64,000 nucleotides of DNA. Source: Auanema rhodensis. Its lineage: Eukaryota > Animalia > Nematoda. A model generated the notes under the pieces. It did no database searches. It was not told the DNA's origin and saw nothing but the letters and a program-made list of their open reading frames with translations. Position numbers and translations under genes: made by a program. Every line of letters starts with the position of its first letter. Position 1 is the stretch's first letter. The DNA lies in contig OZ059896.1 of the NCBI GenBank assembly GCA_964057225.1, positions 3,410,001 through 3,474,000 on the forward strand, in the 5' to 3' direction. Below are positions 55,301 to 64,000 of the stretch, in pieces.

Positions 55301-58300
55301 GATGGACAATGTTATTCAACGAAAAAATTAATTCTTCAGGGTGAAAATCGAGGATATAAGTGTGAACTTATATCAGTTGATATCTCGGTGCATTTTTAAG
55401 CTAGCGCAAATCTGATAACACAGATCGACGCAGCTTAAAAATCCGCATCGAATGCACTATATTACATGGAGGAAAGCTTAATACAAAAATTAGTTATGAT
55501 TGTTTGAAAAATGATGCATTAGTGTATGTTGAGTTTCCATGTACACTCAAAATTGCTTCCAAAAACATTTTGACAAAAATTTTTTCGAAAAATTTCAAAA
55601 TAATTTAGCAAAAAGTAGATGTTTTTAGATTCCTTCTTTCAAGGCAAAAACGATGGACAATGTTATTCAACGAAAAAATTAATTCTTCAGGGTGAAAATC
55701 GAGGATATAAGTGTGAACTTATATCAGTTGATATCTCGGTGCATTTTTAAGCTAGCGCAAATCTGATAACACAGATCGACGCAGCTTAAAAATCCGCATC
55801 GAATGCATTATACTACATGGAGAAACGCTCATCACAAAAATTAGTTATGATCGTTTGAAAAATGATGCATTAGTGTATGTTGAGTTTCCATGTACACTCA
55901 ACATTGCTTCCAAAAACATTTTGACAAAATTTTTTCGAAAAATTTCAAAATAATTTCGCAAAAAGTAGATGTTTTTAGATTCCTTTTTTTGAGGCAAAAA
56001 CGATGGACAATGTTATTCAACGAAAAAATTAATTCTTCAGGGTGAAAATCGAGGATATAAGTGTGAACTTATATCAGTTAATATCTCGGTGCATTTTTAA
56101 GCTAGCGCAAATCTGATAACACAGATCGACGCAGCTTAAAAAACCGCATCGAATGCACTATATTACATTGAGAAAAGCTTAATACAAAAATTAGTTATGA
56201 TCGTTTGAAAAATGATGCATTAGTGTATGTTGAGTTTCCATGTACACTCAACATTGCTTCCAAAAACATTTTGACAAAAATTTTTTCGAAAAATTTCAAA
56301 ATAATTTAGCAAAAAGTAGATGTTTTTAGATTCCTTTTTTCAAGGCAAAAACGATGGACAATGTTATTCAACGAAAAAATTAATTCTTCAGGGTGAAAAT
56401 CGAGGATATAAGTGTGAACTTATATCAGATGATATCTAGGTGCATTTTTAAGCTAGCGCAAATCTGATAACACAGATCGACGCAGCTTAAAAATCCGCAT
56501 CGAATGCACTATATTACATTGAGGAAAGCTTAATATAAAAATTAGTTATGATCGTTTGAAAAATGATGCATTAGTGTATGTTGAGTTTCCATGTACACTC
56601 AAAATTGCTTCCAAAAACATTTTGACAAAAATTTTTTCGAAAAATTTCAAAATAATTTAGCAAAAAGTAGATGTTTTTAGATTCCTTCTTTCAAGGCAAA
56701 AACGATGGACAATGTTATTCAACGAAAAAATTAATTCTTCAGGGAGAAAATCGAGGATATAAGTGTGAACTTATATCAGTTGATATCTCGGTGCATTTTT
56801 AAGCTAGCGCAAATCTGATAACACAGATCGACGCAGCTTAAAAATCCGCATCGAATGCACTATATTACATTGAGGAAAGCTTAATACAAAAATTAGTTAT
56901 GATTGTTTGAAAAATGATGCATTAGTGTATGTTGAGTTTCCATGTACACTCAAAATTGCTTCCAAAAACATTTTGACAAAAATTTTTTCGAAAAATTTCA
57001 AAATAATTTAGCAAAAAGTAGATGTTTTTAGATTCCTTCTTTCAAGGCAAAAACGATGGACAATGTTATTCAACGAAAAAATTAATTCTTCAGGGTGAAA
57101 ATCGAGGATATAAGTGTGAACTTATATCAGTTGATATCTCGGTGCATTTTTAAGCTAGCGCAAATCTGATAACACAGATCGACGCAGCTTAAAAATCCGC
57201 ATCGAATGCATTATACTACATGGAGAAACGCTCATCACAAAAATTAGTTATGATCGTTTGAAAAATGATGCATTAGTGTATGTTGAGTTTCCATGTACAC
57301 TCAACATTGCTTCCAAAAACATTTTGACAAAATTTTTTCGAAAAATTTCAAAATAATTTCGCAAAAAGTAGATGTTTTTAGATTCCTTTTTTTGAGGCAA
57401 AAACGATGGACAATGTTATTCAGCGAAAAAATTAATTCTTCAGGGTGAAAATCGAGGATATAAGTGTGAACTTATATCAGTTGATATCTCGGTGCATTTT
57501 TAAGCTAGCGCAAATCTGATAACACAGATCGACGCAGCTTAAAAATCCGCATCGAATGCACTATATTACATTGAGGAAAGCTTAATACAAAAATTAGTTA
57601 TGATTGTTTGAAAAATGATGCATTAGTGTATGTTGAGTTTCCATGTACACTCAAAATTGCTTCCAAAAACATTTTGACAAAAATTTTTTCGAAAAATTTC
57701 AAAATAATTTAGCAAAAAGTAGATGTTTTTAGATTCCTTCTTTCAAGGCAAAAACGATGGACAATGTTATTCAACGAAAAAATTAATTCTTCAGGGTGAA
57801 AATCGAGGATATAAGTGTGAACTTATATCAGTTGATATCTCGGTGCATTTTTAAGCTAGCGCAAATCTGATAACACAGATCGACGCAGCTTAAAAATCCG
57901 CATCGAATGCATTATACTACATGGAGAAACGCTCATCACAAAAATTAGGTATGATCGTTTGAAAAATGATGCATTAGTGTATGTTGAGTTTCCATGTACA
58001 CTCAACATTGCTTCCAAAAACATTTTGACAAAATTTTTTCGAAAAATTTCAAAATAATTTCGCAAAAAGTAGATGTTTTTAGATTCTTTTTTTTGAGGCA
58101 AAAACGATGGACAATGTTATTCAACGAAAAAATTAATTCTTCAGGGTGAAAATCGAGGATATAAGTGTGAACTTATATCAGTTAATATCTCGGTGCATTT
58201 TTAAGCTAGCGCAAATCTGATAACACAGATCGACGCAGCTTAAAAGTCCGCATCGAATGCACTATACTACATTAAGAAAAGCTTAATACAAAAATTAGTT

Positions 58301-61300
58301 ATGATCGTTTGAAAAATGATGCATTAGTGTATGTTGAGTTTCCATGTACACTCAAAATTGCTTCCAAAAACATTTTGACAAAAATTTTTTCGAAAAATTT
58401 CAAAATAATTTAGCAAAAAGTAGATGTTTTTAGATTCCTTCTTTCAAGGCAAAAACGATGGGCAATGTTATTCAACGAAAAAATTAATTCTTCAGGGTGA
58501 AAATCGAGGATATAAGTGTGAACTTATATCAGTTGATATCTCGGTGCATTTTTAAGCTAGCGCAAATCTGATAACACAGATCGACGCAGCTTAAAAATCC
58601 GCATCGAATGCATTATACTACATGGAGAAACGCTCATCACAAAAATTAGTTATGATCGTTTGAAAAATGATGCATTAGTGTATGTTGAGTTTCCATGTAC
58701 ACTCAAAATTGCTTCCAAAAACATTTTGACAAAAATTTTTTCGAAAAATTTCAAAATAATTTCGCAAAAAGTAGATGTTTTTAGATTCCTTTTTTTGAGG
58801 CAAAAACGATGGACAATGTTATTCAACGAAAAAATTAATTCTTCAGGGTGAAAATCGAGGATATAAGTGTGAACTTATATCAGTTGATATCTCGGTGCAT
58901 TTTTAAGCTAGCGCAAATCTGATAACACAGATCGACGCAGCTTAAAAAACCGCATCGAATGCACTATATTACATTGAGAAAAGCTTAATACAAAAATTAG
59001 TTATGATCGTTTGAAAAATGATGCATTAGTGTATGTTGAGTTTCCATGTACACTCAACATTGCTTCCAAAAACATTTTGACAAAATTTTTTCGAAAAATT
59101 TCAAAATAATTTCGCAAAAAGTAGATGTTTTTAGATTCCTTTTTTTGAGGCAAAAACGATGGACAATGTTATTCAACGAAAAAATTAATTCTTCAGGGTG
59201 AAAATCGAGGATATAAGTGTGAACTTATATCAGTTAATATCTCGGTGCATTTTTAAGCTAGCGCAAATCTGATAACACAGATCGACGCAGCTTAAAAGTC
59301 CGCATCGAATGCACTATACTACATTAAGAAAAGCTTAATACAAAAATTAGTTATGATCGTTTGAAAAATGATGCATTAGTGTATGTTGAGTTTCCATGTA
59401 CACTCAAAATTGCTTCCAAAAACATTTTGACAAAAATTTTTTCGAAAAATTTCAAAATAATTTAGCAAAAAGTAGATGTTTTTAGATTCCTTCTTTCAAG
59501 GCAAAAACGATGGACAATGTTATTCAACGAAAAAATTAATTCTTCAGGGTGAAAATCGAGGATATAAGTGTGAACTTATATCAGTTGATATCTCGGTGCA
59601 TTTTTAAGCTAGCGCAAATCTGATAACACAGATCGACGCAGCTTAAAAGTCCGCATCGAATGCACTATACTACATTAAGAAAAGCTTAATACAAAAATTA
59701 GTTATGATCGTTTGAAAAATGATGCATTAGTGTATGTTGAGTTTCCATGTACACTCAAAATTGCTTCCAAAAACATTTTGACAAAAATTTTTTCGAAAAA
59801 TTTCAAAATAATTTAGCAAAAAGTAGATGTTTTTAGATTCCTTTTTTCGAGGCAAAAACGATGGACAATGTTATTCAACGAAAAAATTAATTCTTCAGGG
59901 TGAAAATCGAGGATATAAGTGTGAACTTATATCAGTTGATATCTCGGTGCATTTTTAAGCTAGCGCAAATCTGATAACACAGATCGAAGCAGCTTAAAAA
60001 TCCGCATCGAATGCACTATATTACATTGAGGAAAGCTTAATACAAAAATTAGTTATGATTGTTTGAAAAATGATGCATTAGTGTATGTTGAGTTTCCATG
60101 TACACTCAAAATTGCTTCCAAAAACATTTTGACAAAAATTTTTTCGAAAAATTTCAAAATAATTTAGCAAAAAGTAGATGTTTTTAGATTCCTTCTTTCA
60201 AGGCAAAAACGATGGACAATGTTATTCAACGAAAAAATTAATTCTTCAGGGTGAAAATCGAGGAAATAAGTGTGAACTTATATCAGTTGATATCTCGGTG
60301 CATTTTTAAGCTAGCGCAAATCTGATAACACAGATCGACGCAGCTTAAAAGTCCGCATCGAATGCACTATACTACATTAAGAAAAGCTTAATACAAAAAT
60401 TAGTTATGATCGTTTGAAAAATGATGCATTAGTGTATGTTGAGTTTCCATGTACACTCAAAATTGCTTCCAAAAACATTTTGACAAAAATTTTTTCGAAA
60501 AATTTCAAAATAATTTAGCAAAAAGTAGATGTTTTTAGATTCCTTTTTTTAAGGCAAAAACGATGGACAATGTTATTCAACGAAAAAATTAATTCTTCAG
60601 GGTGAAAATCGAGGATATAAGTGTGAACTTATATCAGTTGATATCTCGGTGCATTTTTAAGCTAGCGCAAATCTGATAACACAGATCGACGCAGCTTAAA
60701 AATCCGCATCGAATGCACTATATTACATGGAGGAAAGCTTAATACAAAAATTAGTTATGATTGTTTGAAAAATGATGCATTAGTGTATGTTGAGTTTCCA
60801 TGTACACTCAAAATTGCTTCCAAAAACATTTTGACAAAAATTTTTTCGAAAAATTTCAAAATAATTTAGCAAAAAGTAGATGTTTTTAGATTCCTTCTTT
60901 CAAGGCAAAAACGATGGACAATGTTATTCAACGAAAAAATTAATTCTTCAGGGTGAAAATCGAGGATATAAGTGTGAACTTATATCAGTTGATATCTCGG
61001 TGCATTTTTAAGCTAGCGCAAATCTGATAACACAGATCGACGCAGCTTAAAAATCCGCATCGAATGCATTATACTACATGGAGAAACGCTCATCACAAAA
61101 ATTAGTTATGATCGTTTGAAAAATGATGCATTAGTGTATGTTGAGTTTCCATGTACACTCAACATTGCTTCCAAAAACATTTTGACAAAATTTTTTCGAA
61201 AAATTTCAAAATAATTTCGCAAAAAGTAGATGTTTTTAGATTCCTTTTTTTGAGGCAAAAACGATGGACAATGTTATTCAACGAAAAAATTAATTCTTCA

Positions 61301-62438
61301 GGGTGAAAATCGAGGATATAAGTGTGAACTTATATCAGTTAATATCTCGGTGCATTTTTAAGCTAGCGCAAATCTGATAACACAGATCGACGCAGCTTAA
61401 AAAACCGCATCGAATGCACTATATTACATTGAGAAAAGCTTAATACAAAAATTAGTTATGATCGTTTGAAAAATGATGCATTAGTGTATGTTGAGTTTCC
61501 ATGTACACTCAACATTGCTTCCAAAAACATTTTGACAAAAATTTTTTCGAAAAATTTCAAAATAATTTAGCAAAAAGTAGATGTTTTTAGATTCCTTTTT
61601 TCAAGGCAAAAACGATGGACAATGTTATTCAACGAAAAAATTAATTCTTCAGGGTGAAAATCGAGGATATAAGTGTGAACTTATATCAGATGATATCTAG
61701 GTGCATTTTTAAGCTAGCGCAAATCTGATAACACAGATCGACGCAGCTTAAAAATCCGCATCGAATGCACTATATTACATTGAGGAAAGCTTAATATAAA
61801 AATTAGTTATGATCGTTTGAAAAATGATGCATTAGTGTATGTTGAGTTTCCATGTACACTCAAAATTGCTTCCAAAAACATTTTGACAAAAATTTTTTCG
61901 AAAAATTTCAAAATAATTTAGCAAAAAGTAGATGTTTTTAGATTCCTTCTTTCAAGGCAAAAACGATGGACAATGTTATTCAACGAAAAAATTAATTCTT
62001 CAGGGAGAAAATCGAGGATATAAGTGTGAACTTATATCAGTTGATATCTCGGTGCATTTTTAAGCTAGCGCAAATCTGATAACACAGATCGACGCAGCTT
62101 AAAAATCCGCATCGAATGCACTATATTACATTGAGGAAAGCTTAATACAAAAATTAGTTATGATTGTTTGAAAAATGATGCATTAGTGTATGTTGAGTTT
62201 CCATGTACACTCAAAATTGCTTCCAAAAACATTTTGACAAAAATTTTTTCGAAAAATTTCAAAATAATTTAGCAAAAAGTAGATGTTTTTAGATTCCTTC
62301 TTTCAAGGCAAAAACGATGGACAATGTTATTCAACGAAAAAATTAATTCTTCAGGGTGAAAATCGAGGATATAAGTGTGAACTTATATCAGTTGATATCT
62401 CGGTGCATTTTTAAGCTAGCGCAAATCTGATAACACAG
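48408..62438. repeat. 17-mer / 15-mer higher-order repeat, three related copies
   Basis: Private alleles (tttttttaagg, acatggagg, cagatgatatctagg, taatataaa, gggagaaa) recur at offsets of 5963 and then 5261 bp. ttcagcg and ttaggtatg occur in the first two copies. The duplicated ORFs are exactly 5963 bp apart. Confidence 0.92.
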
Positions 62439-64000
62439 ATCGACGCAGCTTAAAAATCCGCATCGAATGCATTATACTACATGGAGAAACGCTCATCACA
62501 AAAATTAGTTATGATCGTTTGAAAAATGATGCATTAGTGTATGTTGAGTTTCCATGTACACTCAACATTGCTTCCAAAAACATTTTGACAAAATTTTTTC
62601 GAAAAATTTCAAAATAATTTAGCAAAAAGTAGATGTTTTTAGATTCCTTTTTTCAAAGCAAAAACGATGGACAATGTTATTCAACGAAAAAATTAATTCT
62701 TCAGGGTGAAAATCGAGGATATAAGTGTGAACTTATATCAGTTAAGATCTCGGTGCATTTTTAAGCTAGCGCAAATCTGATAACACAGATCGACGCAGCT
62801 TAAAAAACCGCATCGAATGCACTATATTACATTGAGAAAAGCTTAATACAAAAATTAGTTATGATCGTTTGAAAAATGATGCATTAGTGTATGTTGAGTT
62901 TCCATGTACACTCAACATTGCTTCCAAAAACATTTTGACAAAAATTTTTTCGAAAAATTTCAAAATAATTTAGCAAAAAGTAGATGTTTTTAGATTCCTT
63001 TTTTCAAGGCAAAAACGATGGACAATGTTATTCAACGAAAAAATTAATTCTTCAGGGTGAAAATCGAGGATATAAGTGTGAACTTATATCAGATGATATC
63101 TAGGTGCATTTTTAAGCTAGCGCAAATCTGATAACACAGATCGACGCAGCTTAAAAATCCGCATCGAATGCACTATATTACATTGAGGAAAGCTTAATAT
63201 AAAAATTAGTTATGATCGTTTGAAAAATGATGCATTAGTGTATGTTGAGTTTCCATGTACACTCAAAATTGCTTCCAAAAACATTTTGACAAAAATTTTT
63301 TCGAAAAATTTCAAAATAATTTAGCAAAAAGTAGATGTTTTTAGATTCCTTCTTTCAAGGCAAAAACGATGGACAATGTTATTCAACGAAAAAATTAATT
63401 CTTCAGGGAGAAAATCGAGGATATAAGTGTGAACTTATATCAGTTGATATCTCGGTGCATTTTTAAGCTAGCGCAAATCTGATAACACAGATCGACGCAG
63501 CTTAAAAATCCGCATCGAATGCACTATATTACATTGAGGAAAGCTTAATACAAAAATTAGTTATGATTGTTTGAAAAATGATGCATTAGTGTATGTTGAG
63601 TTTCCATGTACACTCAAAATTGCTTCCAAAAACATTTTGACAAAAATTTTTTCGAAAAATTTCAAAATAATTTAGCAAAAAGTAGATGTTTTTAGATTCC
63701 TTCTTTCAAGGCAAAAACGATGGACAATGTTATTCAACGAAAAAATTAATTCTTCAGGGTGAAAATCGAGGATATAAGTGTGAACTTATATCAGTTGATA
63801 TCTCGGTGCATTTTTAAGCTAGCGCAAATCTGATAACACAGATCGACGCAGCTTAAAAATCCGCATCGAATGCATTATACTACATGGAGAAACGCTCATC
63901 ACAAAAATTAGTTATGATCGTTTGAAAAATGATGCATTAGTGTATGTTGAGTTTCCATGTACACTCAACATTGCTTCCAAAAACATTTTGACAAAATTTT
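61036..64000. repeat. 4-monomer higher-order repeat, 1403 bp x2 plus the start of a third
   Basis: B-D(cagatg/ctagg)-A'(aatataa, ggaga)-A units start at 61036 and 62439. A B head starts at 63842. Confidence 0.85.

Larger units (their letters stand above)
1..64000. repeat. Tandem satellite DNA array, 350/351-bp monomer, 182 full copies plus a partial copy; extends past both window edges
   Basis: The motif atcga(c/a)gcagcttaaaa recurs at 1, 352, 702, 1053, 1404, 1754 ... 63491, 63842. The spacing is always 351 or 350 bp (182x351-41=63841). Copies differ only by substitutions and one A5/A4 indel. About 106/351 bases are G+C in M1. Confidence 0.99.

Noticed and set aside
1-64000. CRISPR array or diversity cassette system (constant repeat plus variable patch at positions 34-59)
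   Set aside because: The variable patch is a handful of SNP alleles of one sequence, not unique spacers. The unit is far too long for CRISPR, and there are no cas, recombinase or RT genes.
1-64000. Pure artefact (rolling-circle or PCR concatemer, or a collapsed assembly)
   Set aside because: Variants are shared, linked and hierarchically ordered over tens of kb, which random error or a single-template concatemer would not produce. Exact copy numbers of the near-identical HORs still need read support.

Overview
The whole 64-kb window is one uninterrupted head-to-tail tandem array of an AT-rich (~30% GC) satellite DNA. It has 182 complete monomers (141 of 351 bp, 41 of 350 bp) plus a 159-bp partial copy, all in the same orientation. 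I find no genes, RNA genes, CRISPR arrays or transposon insertions. The four ORFs in the track are accidental read-throughs created by single variant alleles. The structure worth attention is at two scales. (1) Within the monomer there are four dyads, including a ~67-bp hairpin spanning every monomer junction, a hypervariable patch at monomer positions ~34-59, and a single length polymorphism. (2) Along the array, monomer variants (my labels A-E) form a patchwork of short-lived higher-order repeats (3-, 4-, 5/6-, 6-, 17/15-mers), long-range block duplications and chimeric monomers, which record unequal crossover in progress. The architecture resembles eukaryotic (peri)centromeric or heterochromatic satellite. 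Lack of CpG depletion suggests a host with little CpG methylation, for example an insect, but this is inference and I do not recognise the family. I see no evidence of a novel protein-coding system. Monomer numbering (M1 starts at 1) and typing were done by eye.
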